Virus record (IMG/VR): IMGVR_UViG_3300033752_000412
Span: 1,502-65,501 of that record
Direction: 5' to 3' (one strand)
Length of the DNA stretch: 64,000 nucleotides
From: a virus
Lineage: Duplodnaviria > Caudoviricetes
In this document: one piece after another, positions 17,691 through 26,207 of the stretch
Numbering within the stretch: the first letter of the stretch is position 1
How the letters are laid out: each line of letters opens with the position of its first letter
Notes under the pieces: model-generated
What the model saw: the letters and a program-made list of their open reading frames with translations, nothing else
The model's database searches: none
Told to the model about the DNA's origin: nothing
Position numbers and translations under genes: made by a program

Positions 17691-19021
17691 GCGACGGCAC
17701 GCGGATGCGGTTCGACCTGACGGCCGAGCAGGCCACGTTGGGCGCGATGATGAGCGGCGGCGGCCCGTTCGACGAGATCGTGCGGATCCTGCGCGGCCCG
17801 CAGGATTTCTACCGGCCGATCCACGGGCTGATCTTCCGGGAGCTGGTGGAGCTGCGCGAATCGGGCCGGCCGGTTGACCCGATCGAGTTGGCCGCCTCCA
17901 TGGACGCGCAGACTCTGCAGAAGATCGGCGGCGTTCCGTACCTGGCCGAGTGCATCGAGTCGGTGCCGACGCCGGCCAACGGCGCCTGGTACGCGGACAA
18001 GGTCCGCAAGTTGGCCCTGCTGCGGGATCTGTCCTTCCACGGGCAGCGGGCGATCCAGCTCGCCACATCGGCGGCGCCGGATGACGCCGACATGGTGGTC
18101 GAGTCGGCCCAGAAGATGCTTACGGACATCTCCACCACGGGCCGGTCGTCGTCGCTGCGGGCGTGGAGCGACATTGCGCCCGGCGTGATGGACGAGATCG
18201 AGCGGATCGAAGACCTGGCGAAGAAGGCCGAACTGCCGGGGATTCCGACCGGCTGGGCTGACGTGGACGAGGTGCTGTGCAACCTCAACCCAGGCCAGAT
18301 GATCATCATCGCGGGGCGGCCGGGCACCGGAAAGTCCAACGCGGGCTTGAACATCGCCCAGAACGCGGCCATGCGGCACGGCAAACGGACAATCTACTTC
18401 TCCCTGGAAATGTCCGAGGTGGAGTGTGGGCTGCGGCTGGTCTCCGCCGGCGCCGGGGTTCCCCTGCAACTGCTGCGGTCAGGGGACCTCGACGACGCGG
18501 GTTGGACGAAGGTGGCCCGCTACATGGGGGAAACCGGGGACGCACCCCTGTTCCTGGACGAGACGCCGAACATCGGCCTGGCGCACGTGCGCAGCCAGTT
18601 GCGGGCGCTGGCGAACACCGTGGGCCCACCCGAGTTGGCGGTCCTCGACTACCTGCAGCTGACGGAGACCCCCGGCTACCCGTCCCGGGAGCAGGCCGTG
18701 GCGGCCACCTCGCGTGGGCTGAAGCTGATCGCCAAGGAGTTCGGGCTTCCGTTCGTTGTGCTGTCGCAGCTGAACCGAGGCCCGGAGATGCGGTCGAACA
18801 AGCGGCCCACCATGTCGGACCTTCGCGAGTCGGGATCGCTGGAACAGGACGCCGACGTGGTCATCCTGATCCACCGGGAGGACTACTACGACGAGGAGTC
18901 CCCACGCTCCGGCGAGGCCGACTTCCTGATCGAGAAGAACCGGCACGGCCCGCGGGCCACGGTCACGCTCGCCTCGCAGCTGCACCTGTGCCGGTTCGTG
19001 TCCATGGCGGTCTTCCGATGA
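17687..19021 (+). CDS. dnaB: Replicative DnaB helicase
   Basis: AEQA.LG.M, IAGRPGTGKS, FSLEMS, LDYLQL, LSQLNR, DLRESGSLEQDAD, KNRHGP. Confidence 0.97.
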   Translation: MSDGTRMRFDLTAEQATLGAMMSGGGPFDEIVRILRGPQDFYRPIHGLIFRELVELRESGRPVDPIELAASMDAQTLQKIGGVPYLAECIESVPTPANGAWYADKVRKLALLRDLSFHGQRAIQLATSAAPDDADMVVESAQKMLTDISTTGRSSSLRAWSDIAPGVMDEIERIEDLAKKAELPGIPTGWADVDEVLCNLNPGQMIIIAGRPGTGKSNAGLNIAQNAAMRHGKRTIYFSLEMSEVECGLRLVSAGAGVPLQLLRSGDLDDAGWTKVARYMGETGDAPLFLDETPNIGLAHVRSQLRALANTVGPPELAVLDYLQLTETPGYPSREQAVAATSRGLKLIAKEFGLPFVVLSQLNRGPEMRSNKRPTMSDLRESGSLEQDADVVILIHREDYYDEESPRSGEADFLIEKNRHGPRATVTLASQLHLCRFVSMAVFR

Positions 19022-19230
19022 GCAGCGACAGCCGCGGCACGCCCTGGTACTCGGACCGGTGCCCGTACTGCCGACACCGGGTGGTCGTTGCCCCGATGGC
19101 CCGGTTCACCGCACGGCACGGCAACGGCCTGGTGGCCACCTACCAGTGCCCGGCCGGGCATCGCTGGTGGACCGGGTGGGCGTGGTGGCAGAACCGGCCA
19201 CACGAGACCGACGGGATGGAGGCCGCCTGA
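19018..19230 (+). CDS. Small Zn-ribbon-like protein
   Basis: CPYC ... YQCPAGHRW, ATGA coupling. Confidence 0.6.
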   Translation: MSSDSRGTPWYSDRCPYCRHRVVVAPMARFTARHGNGLVATYQCPAGHRWWTGWAWWQNRPHETDGMEAA

Positions 19231-19421
19231 TGCAGGTATGCCACACCTGGCTGGGCGAGGACTACCTGCGTCGCCGCGGCTACCGGATCGAAACGGACGG
19301 CGGGCAGCGCTACGCGGTGTCCGACCGGTGCCGGTGGCCGATCGACCCGCCCTGCGGGCACCCGCCCGACCAGTGCCCGCCCTTTGACCAGGACGAGACA
19401 CGGCCCGACCTGGCCACCTGA
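19230..19421 (+). CDS. Small hypothetical protein
   Basis: TGATG coupling. Confidence 0.45.
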   Translation: MQVCHTWLGEDYLRRRGYRIETDGGQRYAVSDRCRWPIDPPCGHPPDQCPPFDQDETRPDLAT

Positions 19422-19439
19422 CCCCGAAGGAGAACCGAG

Positions 19440-19829
19440 ATGCCCGGCACAGCTGAAGTCAAGACGATCAACCCCACGCTCGGGAAGGACCCGTACATCC
19501 TGATCGAACGCTTACCCGACCCCGACCGCGAGGACGAGGTCGAAGTGAAGGTCCGCACCGGCGGCGATATCGGCGACAGCGACGACATTGTGTCCCTACT
19601 GCTGCTCGTCGTGGAGCAGTTGACCGGTGTGAGCACAGACCTGTACGCGGAGCAGGTCGACCTTGCCCGCCGCGCGGCCGGGTTAGCCGCCGCCATGCCG
19701 CCTGGGGCGGACGTGAAGGAATTCCTCGCACAGGCGCCCCAACCCGCCACCGTCAAATGGCCGAACGCGGAGCAGATACAGACGGGGGAGTTGGTCATCC
19801 GCGGAGAAGACATGGAGACGTTCCTATGA
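19440..19829 (+). CDS. Hypothetical protein
   Basis: GAAGGAG RBS, acidic composition. Confidence 0.65.
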   Translation: MPGTAEVKTINPTLGKDPYILIERLPDPDREDEVEVKVRTGGDIGDSDDIVSLLLLVVEQLTGVSTDLYAEQVDLARRAAGLAAAMPPGADVKEFLAQAPQPATVKWPNAEQIQTGELVIRGEDMETFL

Positions 19830-20206
19830 CCCGGACGATGCCGGCCGGAATCACCGAGCTGGACTACACCTGCTGGGAACTGCGGTACGACGACGATCAC
19901 GAGGTCCACGACGGCGACGGGGTTCCGCACTTCAAGACCGAAGACGAGGCGCAAAACGCCGTACACCACTACGAGCGAGACCGGGTTGGCCGGCCGAATC
20001 CGCGCCGGCGCGACCAGCCCTGCTTCATCATCACGGCCGCCTGCGGCCACCTGCTTGACGAGGACGGTGGGACGCCCATGCACCACGACACGGCCGAGGA
20101 AGCCGCGGCCGTCGCCAAGTCGTACGGGTGGAGGCCGCGCGGCGATGGGCGCCTGCGCTGCTCGGCCGACTGCGACCAGGGCTGCAACGAGCCAGTGGAG
20201 GACTGA
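19826..20206 (+). CDS. Hypothetical protein
   Basis: Coupled ORF, acidic, several Cys/His residues. Confidence 0.65.
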   Translation: MTRTMPAGITELDYTCWELRYDDDHEVHDGDGVPHFKTEDEAQNAVHHYERDRVGRPNPRRRDQPCFIITAACGHLLDEDGGTPMHHDTAEEAAAVAKSYGWRPRGDGRLRCSADCDQGCNEPVED

Positions 20207-20209
20207 AAG

Positions 20210-20500
20210 GTGGCTGAGACCAGCGAGTTGACGAAGCTGACCGTGACCGTCGTCCCCGGCGGGATTGTCGACCACGCCCTGAGCGCGCTGGGCGACGACC
20301 GCCAGGAGGCCGCCGAACGGGCCCTCCGCGTGTACGCCCACGCCACCGACCTGACATCGGGCGAAAAGCTGCGCATCATCCGCCGCGACGGCACACGGAT
20401 CACCCTGCTCCGCGTGGACCACATGTACTACGCCGAGCGGATCGCCATCGTTGCGGCGCTGGTGCTCGCCGCACTTCTGATCGGGGTGGTGCTGTCGTGA
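20210..20500 (+). CDS. Hypothetical protein with C-terminal TM
   Basis: GTG after GAAAG. Hydrophobic C-terminus. Confidence 0.6.
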   Translation: MAETSELTKLTVTVVPGGIVDHALSALGDDRQEAAERALRVYAHATDLTSGEKLRIIRRDGTRITLLRVDHMYYAERIAIVAALVLAALLIGVVLS

Positions 20501-21264
20501 GCGAGACCAGCGACTTCGTGCTGCGGGTACTGGACCTGATCGCCCGGGCCGACCTGCACGACGACCTGTTCTGGCGCACGGACGGCCCACACGCCCCGGT
20601 CACGTTCTGGGTGAACTGCTCCGACGTGTTCGCCTGGGGCTGCGGCGACCTGGAGCCGCTCACCGAAGAGCGGCTGCCCGAGTTGGAGCGTGCCCTACGC
20701 GACGTAGCCGAGGCGTGCGGGGACGAACTCTACAGGCCAGATTACGGGCCAATGCTGTACTGCGCCCGGATGCGGGCCATGCGCCCGCAGGGTGCCGCCT
20801 ACCCGGACACCGTTCAAATGTGGCCGCTGCTCGACGCCTGCGGTCCGGAGCGGGAGATCGGACCGCACAACCCGTACCGCCCCGGGGAACGGACGCGCGG
20901 CCGGCAACGGGCGTACTCCGCGGTGCTGGCCGAGCTGGCGCGGGAAATGGAACGGCAAGATCAGCTCCACCCGTCCGGCTATCCGCCGACCCGCGACGGC
21001 GTGTTCCTGGGCATCCGGACCGCCATCCACGAACTGGAGGGCCCGGGCGAGGCACTTGACGCCTGGTCCGAGGAACGGTGCAAGTGCCCGACACCGCAGT
21101 GCGGGCACGCCACCTGGTCCAAGACGCGCGCCGAGGTGCTGCAGGCGGCTGCGGTCTGCATGCGCACAGTCCGGTCGATCCCGGCGCCGGCCGAACCGGG
21201 CTTGCCCGTATCCGGAGGCCCGCAGGCGCGTAGGGCTCTTCAGGGCGACGGAGGTGACCGGTGA
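20497..21264 (+). CDS. Hypothetical protein (possibly two fused domains)
   Basis: N-terminal VNCSDVFAWGCGD..LYCAR.R.MRPQGA.Y domain, plus a C-terminal helical E..E..Q.AAV segment reminiscent of MazG-like folds. Confidence 0.6.
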   Translation: MSETSDFVLRVLDLIARADLHDDLFWRTDGPHAPVTFWVNCSDVFAWGCGDLEPLTEERLPELERALRDVAEACGDELYRPDYGPMLYCARMRAMRPQGAAYPDTVQMWPLLDACGPEREIGPHNPYRPGERTRGRQRAYSAVLAELAREMERQDQLHPSGYPPTRDGVFLGIRTAIHELEGPGEALDAWSEERCKCPTPQCGHATWSKTRAEVLQAAAVCMRTVRSIPAPAEPGLPVSGGPQARRALQGDGGDR

Positions 21265-21779
21265 GCCGCCGTCGGTACGTTCCCCGGGACCGGGTAGCCG
21301 AGCTGGAGGACCTGTACGCCGAACTGCCGCCGCTGGAATGCCGGGGCAAATGCCAGGAGTCGTGCGGGCCGATCGACATGTCCGACACGGAGCGGCGCCG
21401 CATCCGGAACGCGGGCGTGGACATTCCGCCACTGCTCGACCGGGCACGCCGCGGCGAGCTCACGCGGTCCTGCCCGGCCCTGTCGCCGATGGGCACATGC
21501 TCCGTGTACCGGCTCAGGCCCCTGATCTGCCGCTTGTGGGGCCTGGTCGAAGCGATGGCCTGCCCGTACGGCTGCAGGCCCGAGGGTGGCTGGCTGGACG
21601 ACACCACCGGCCTGGAGCTGATCGCCCGCAGCCTCGACATTGGAGGTCGCACCTCCACTATGGACGGGCCACCCGCCGCTGCGGTACGGCAGCTGATGGC
21701 CAACCCGAGGATCGCATCGATGGTCGGCGCCGTGATGCGCGGAGGTGTCGTGAAGGGGGTGGCCGATGTCCAGCGTTAG
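21261..21779 (+). CDS. YkgJ-family Cys-cluster (Zn/Fe-S) protein
   Basis: C..KC..SC ... CPAL...GTCSVY..RPLICRLWG. Confidence 0.82.
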   Translation: MSRRRYVPRDRVAELEDLYAELPPLECRGKCQESCGPIDMSDTERRRIRNAGVDIPPLLDRARRGELTRSCPALSPMGTCSVYRLRPLICRLWGLVEAMACPYGCRPEGGWLDDTTGLELIARSLDIGGRTSTMDGPPAAAVRQLMANPRIASMVGAVMRGGVVKGVADVQR

Positions 21780-22227
21780 CTGCCGGCCGGGATACGTGTA
21801 CGTGGCATCGTCCTGGCGCAACCCCACCTACCCCGCAGTCATCCACGCACTGCGCGCCGCCGGCATCGACCACTACGACTTTCGCAACCCACCGGACGGG
21901 GCCGCGTTCAACTGGGCTCAGATCGGCGGTCCAGCCGGCGGCGCCACCGTCCCCCAGGCCACCTACCTGACCATGCTCGACCACCCGGCCGCCAAGGCCG
22001 GATTCGCCGCCGACATGGCCGCCCTCCAGCGGGCGGACGTCTGCGTGCTCGTGCTCCCCTGCGGACGCTCCGCCCACCTTGAGCTCGGCTGGGCGGCCGG
22101 GGCCGGCAAACGCACGGCCGTGCTGCTGGACGACCCGACCACGCCGGAACTCATGTACCGCATGGTTGACCACCTGTCCCCAACGATCCCCGATTTGATC
22201 CGTTGGCTCGGGGCAGACCACATCTGA
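21766..22227 (+). CDS. Nucleoside 2-deoxyribosyltransferase-like (NDT/RCL fold) protein
   Basis: VYVASSW ... D..AL..ADVCVLVLPCGRSAHLELGWAAG.GK. Confidence 0.8.
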   Translation: MSSVSCRPGYVYVASSWRNPTYPAVIHALRAAGIDHYDFRNPPDGAAFNWAQIGGPAGGATVPQATYLTMLDHPAAKAGFAADMAALQRADVCVLVLPCGRSAHLELGWAAGAGKRTAVLLDDPTTPELMYRMVDHLSPTIPDLIRWLGADHI

Positions 22228-22288
22228 GAGGAGATCACCGATGCCTGACCACCTGACCCCGCAAGCCTTCGAACCGAGGAGAACCGCC

Positions 22289-22897
22289 ATGGCTGACGAG
22301 GTGGACGAACTCGCCTCGGCCATCACCGACGCGCACGCGAACGGCATCAAGTACGGGCCGTACTCGCTGGCGCGCTGGCTGTTGCAGGCCGGCTACCGTG
22401 CCGAGGCCCGGGTGCGTGCCGAGGTAGCCATCGAGATGACGGACACGCTCGACAACAAGATCCTCCGTATCCATGAGATGGCAGAAGCCACTCGCGCCCT
22501 CGCAGATGCGTGCCGGAACGCCTTCGCCGACCAGCCGATGCCCGAAGCGTGGCGCGACCTGTTCGCTCGCGTTGACGAAGCGTACGCGGCGGTGCCGTCC
22601 GGGACTGTAGTGAACCCCGTCCAAGACCGTCCCGGTGACCCCAAGGACCCTGGCGAACTGCTGACCGACGTGATTCACCACGCGATGCACGCCGCCGGCG
22701 ACGCGGTGATCGGGAAGACGTTCCGAACCCACGCCGAAGAGATCCGGGCCGCTGTCACCGCCGCGTTCGAGCTTGCCGCCGGGAACGGGCTCATCCGGCT
22801 CACACCGCGCGCCGAGTGGCCCGAGTGGATCGTTCTGCAGCCGCCGTATGACCTGTTCGCGCAGCCGGCAAGCCGGGAGGAGCCTACCGATGGCTGA
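22289..22897 (+). CDS. Hypothetical protein
   Basis: AGGAG RBS before ATG 22289 (alternative start 22241). Confidence 0.6.
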   Translation: MADEVDELASAITDAHANGIKYGPYSLARWLLQAGYRAEARVRAEVAIEMTDTLDNKILRIHEMAEATRALADACRNAFADQPMPEAWRDLFARVDEAYAAVPSGTVVNPVQDRPGDPKDPGELLTDVIHHAMHAAGDAVIGKTFRTHAEEIRAAVTAAFELAAGNGLIRLTPRAEWPEWIVLQPPYDLFAQPASREEPTDG

Positions 22898-23231
22898 GTT
22901 GATCGGCCCGCTGACCGCCGAGGAGTGGTGCTCGCTACGGCTGGGCACCGACGACGACCCATTCCAGTGCTGCGCCGAGACGAGCGCCCTGCGGGACGCC
23001 GCGTTCCATGCGCTGCGGATGGGTGGCGAGGAGTATCACGGCACCGCGTTCTATATCGCCTGGCTGCGGGTAACCGAGTCCCACCCAGACCACAGGTTGG
23101 CAGAGCATCCGATCGTCGGCAAGCTGTACCAGTACTACGTCGAGGGCAAGGAGCCGCTGGCGGAGGCTACGGTCATCATGCGCACGGTCCGGTCGCTCCC
23201 GGCCCCTTCGGCCCCAGCCGGGGAGGGCTGA
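22890..23231 (+). CDS. Hypothetical protein
   Basis: Coupled ORF. Confidence 0.55.
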   Translation: MAELIGPLTAEEWCSLRLGTDDDPFQCCAETSALRDAAFHALRMGGEEYHGTAFYIAWLRVTESHPDHRLAEHPIVGKLYQYYVEGKEPLAEATVIMRTVRSLPAPSAPAGEG

Positions 23232-23234
23232 GCG

Positions 23235-23474
23235 GTGCCGAAGCGTGGCCTGAACACCCGGCTGGGTGGCCACCCCCGGACCGTCCGGGAACGGGGCATC
23301 GTGGCGAACCCGCAGGGATCGCGGGAGGAACGTCGGGCAGCTGCCCGGCTGGCCCGCAAGGCGTCGCCGCGGCCGGTGTGCCTGTCCCTGCCGGCCGAAC
23401 CCGGCCCGGCGCATGGTCCGGTAGGTGCGGATGCTCAGCGTGGCTCTCAGGGCGTCGGAGGAGGCGGACGCTGA
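23235..23474 (+). CDS. Small basic hypothetical protein
   Basis: TGATG-coupled to the AcrVA2-like gene. Confidence 0.4.
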   Translation: MPKRGLNTRLGGHPRTVRERGIVANPQGSREERRAAARLARKASPRPVCLSLPAEPGPAHGPVGADAQRGSQGVGGGGR

Positions 23475-24532
23475 TGGGGAAGGCAAGCCGGATCAAGGCC
23501 CGCGACAGGAGGACCGGCCGGCACATCAAGGTCGTCGACGCCGCCCAGGTGATCGCGATGGCCGAGCAGTGGGACAACCCGCAACTCCTGCGCAGCCCGA
23601 TCCAGGGAGAACGGTGGATAGCCGGCGTCGCCCACTTCGTGCTTGAGGAGTGGCGCAAGACCCGGGTGGTGCTGCGCGCCGACCTGGAGTTCGTGGGCGC
23701 CCTCCTGAACTCGGACACCAACGTCGAACTGGTCCCGGACTGGCTCGACCGGTCCCCCTTCAACTCGGTCGCGTTCTCCTTCCCAGAGCCGATCTCGCTC
23801 CACGACGGCGACAGGCTGTGCCACTACCACGGGTTCATCGCGGCCGGCATACGCAGCGGATCCCCCGAAAAGGGGGCCGGCGATATGCAGCGGGTTTACA
23901 CCCGCTACGGCCCGCTTCCCTGGGGGGATGGGGTCCGCTTCCTGTGGGTGTTCAACGTCGACGGTGACCCCACAACCCACTGCCAGACCGTCAGCATGTT
24001 CGTCCGCGGCGAGCACGCCAAACCTGACATTCGGACGCTCGCAGACCTGATCAAGGAGCGGGAGGCCGGCAGTCAGGCGTTCGGGTTCCAGTGGGGTAAG
24101 GACGAACTTGCTGCCCTCGTCCCCATTTCGGTGCAGCTGATGCTGTATCTCACCGCCACCGAACCCGACCTGGACTGGCTACCGCCGGAGCAGATCCGCC
24201 GCCCACACCAACTGCAGGCCGCCCGGGTCGGCAACGTGGGCTGGCGCGTGGGTTCCGCGATGCGCACGTGGCGGCGCGGGCAGCCGGCGGCCCCTACCGG
24301 ACGGCGGCTGAGCGGCTGGCGGCTGCCGCCCCACATCCGCCGCGCCCACTGGCACCGGGTGCGGGTGGCCACCCGCGCTGCGGACGGCACCGTGGTCGGC
24401 AGCCGAACCGGTGTGCAGGGTGTCGACTGGAACTACGAGATGCGCTGGTATCCGCCGACGCCGGTCAACGTGAGCGACGACGTTCCACCGGACCCGACCG
24501 TCCGCGAGGTCATCTCGGACGGTGCCCGGTGA
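23474..24532 (+). CDS. acrVA2: AcrVA2/FinQ-family protein
   Basis: Ordered matches to recalled AcrVA2 blocks: WRKT....D, L.R.P, LLYL.ATEPD, VG.RVGS..R, PPHIRRAHWH, MRWYPP..VN. This is a family-level call; the target is unknown. Confidence 0.75.
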   Translation: MGKASRIKARDRRTGRHIKVVDAAQVIAMAEQWDNPQLLRSPIQGERWIAGVAHFVLEEWRKTRVVLRADLEFVGALLNSDTNVELVPDWLDRSPFNSVAFSFPEPISLHDGDRLCHYHGFIAAGIRSGSPEKGAGDMQRVYTRYGPLPWGDGVRFLWVFNVDGDPTTHCQTVSMFVRGEHAKPDIRTLADLIKEREAGSQAFGFQWGKDELAALVPISVQLMLYLTATEPDLDWLPPEQIRRPHQLQAARVGNVGWRVGSAMRTWRRGQPAAPTGRRLSGWRLPPHIRRAHWHRVRVATRAADGTVVGSRTGVQGVDWNYEMRWYPPTPVNVSDDVPPDPTVREVISDGAR

Positions 24533-24705
24533 GCACGCAGCCTCCCGGCGTGGTGGAGCAGAAGGTGCGGGACCTGATGCGGGCCGAACTCATCCGCCAG
24601 ACCGTGCCGCTCATCCTGCGCCAGAGCCGACGAGTGGACTGGGCGCGGGTGCTCATCGGGCAACGCTGCCGGTCGGCTGGAGGTGGTGGCCGTGGCCGCC
24701 CCTGA
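24529..24705 (+). CDS. Small hypothetical protein
   Basis: GTGA coupling. Confidence 0.4.
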   Translation: MSTQPPGVVEQKVRDLMRAELIRQTVPLILRQSRRVDWARVLIGQRCRSAGGGGRGRP

Positions 24706-24737
24706 ACCCCAACAGACGGATCACATTCGAGAGGAGA

Positions 24738-24872
24738 ATGCCAATGTCTGACCTGATCTGGATTCGTTCCACCCGCTGCTCGACCGCGACGAACTGCGTC
24801 CAAGTCACCGACCGGGATGGCTTGGTGAAGGTTGGCAACTCCAAACTCGGCGACGCGACCGGGGAGGCGTGA
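24738..24872 (+). pseudogene. Truncated DUF397-family protein
   Basis: WIRSTRCSTATNCVQV....VKVGNSK matches W.KS.RS...NCVEVA...V.VRDSK, then stops before the usual F...W..F helix. Confidence 0.65.
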
Positions 24873-25153
24873 TGGACAACCCGAATGTGTCGGTATACGA
24901 GCCGGTCCCGACGTTCATCTGCGGCCCGGGCGGCTGCTTCGTCACAGTCGACCACCAGGTGCGGCCCGAGCGGGAGATTGCCGGCAACTTCCTGGAAGAG
25001 ATGACCGACTGGCTGACCAGCCTGGAGCGCGAGAAAGCACCTGCATGTGTGCTGTTCGCACTGCGCGCGGTGCATGACGCCGCCTGCTGGTGGACGGACG
25101 AGTTGGACAAGCCGCGGCCGGACCAGCCGACCGAACCTCACCGGGGAGCGTGA
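24869..25153 (+). CDS. Hypothetical protein
   Basis: GGGGAGG RBS, coupled. Confidence 0.55.
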   Translation: MMDNPNVSVYEPVPTFICGPGGCFVTVDHQVRPEREIAGNFLEEMTDWLTSLEREKAPACVLFALRAVHDAACWWTDELDKPRPDQPTEPHRGA

Positions 25154-25344
25154 TGGAGATCGTGAAGCGGCTGATCGTCGTCGCGTTGGAGCGGGCCTGC
25201 AGCGTTGTCGACTACCTGTGGGACTGGCCGCCGCCATTCCAGTGGGTGGCACGGTGGCTTGGCTGCCCCTCCGGGCTGGCCCTTTGGTCATCGGCGCTCG
25301 ACGAGCGCTGGAACACCGGCATCTGGGAGGCGTGCGATGGGTAA
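25153..25344 (+). CDS. Small Trp-rich hypothetical protein
   Basis: TGATG coupling. Confidence 0.5.
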   Translation: MEIVKRLIVVALERACSVVDYLWDWPPPFQWVARWLGCPSGLALWSSALDERWNTGIWEACDG

Positions 25345-25396
25345 CGTGGTGACGATCCGGCCCGGTGACACGCTCCTGGCGTGTTGGTAAGGGGAG

Positions 25397-25780
25397 ATGA
25401 AACTGATCGACAAGGGCCGCGCCTGGATCGGCGGCCGACTGCGGCGCCTGGCCGACAGGATCGACGAGGCGGGAGCACCGCGTGCGATGCACTGGACGTT
25501 CACGTTCGAGGACCGCGAGGGCATCCGATTCCGCGAGGACGGCAAGGGCTGCCGCCTGTGGTACATGGGCGACGCAGACTTCGAGCGTGCGCACAGCGAC
25601 GCGGACACGGCGCATGTCCGGGTCGACTGGACCAACATGACCGCGCGTTACGTGGGTGGGGGGGGACAGCTTGATGGACGTCGAAGACCTGCTCCGCGAG
25701 GTCCGGCGCGAAGCCGACTACACCCTCGCCCCGGAGCTCAGGTTCATTACTCCGCGTCGTCGGCGTCGGCGAAGCCTTGA
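25397..25780 (+). CDS. Hypothetical protein, probably frameshifted at G8 tract 25658-25665
   Basis: GGGGAG RBS. Sequence loses protein-like character after the G8 tract. One extra G would end it at TGA 25672-25674, coupled to ATG 25674. Confidence 0.55.
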   Translation: MKLIDKGRAWIGGRLRRLADRIDEAGAPRAMHWTFTFEDREGIRFREDGKGCRLWYMGDADFERAHSDADTAHVRVDWTNMTARYVGGGGQLDGRRRPAPRGPARSRLHPRPGAQVHYSASSASAKP

Positions 25781-26207
25781 GGTGTGGACCGAGTGAAGAT
25801 GGGCGCTCTCGACCCGCAGGCCGGCCGCGAGATCGTGGTCCGGTTCAGCCTGGGCGACCTTCTCTACCTGGCTCAGGCGGTCGCGTACACGGTGCGGTGG
25901 CGCGATCCCGGTGTGCTGCGTGGGGCCCTGTGGGTGATGCGGGAGAACCGCCGGCGCGGCACGTGGCGGCCGACCACCCTCGGGGACTACGTGGTGCTGC
26001 ACCGCTTGCGGCGGCACTTGTCCAGTTGGCCGCGGACCTGCCCCCGGCCGGCGCCGTGGCGACATAGCCGCGGCCGGGCCGGGCAGCGGATGAGGTGCGC
26101 CGGTGGCCCGGCAGCCCACCTGCCGGACCACCGGCCCTGATACCCGACAATCCCCGCGTCGAGATCTCCGACAGCCTACCTTCAGCAGCGCGAACGGAGA
26201 TCAACAT

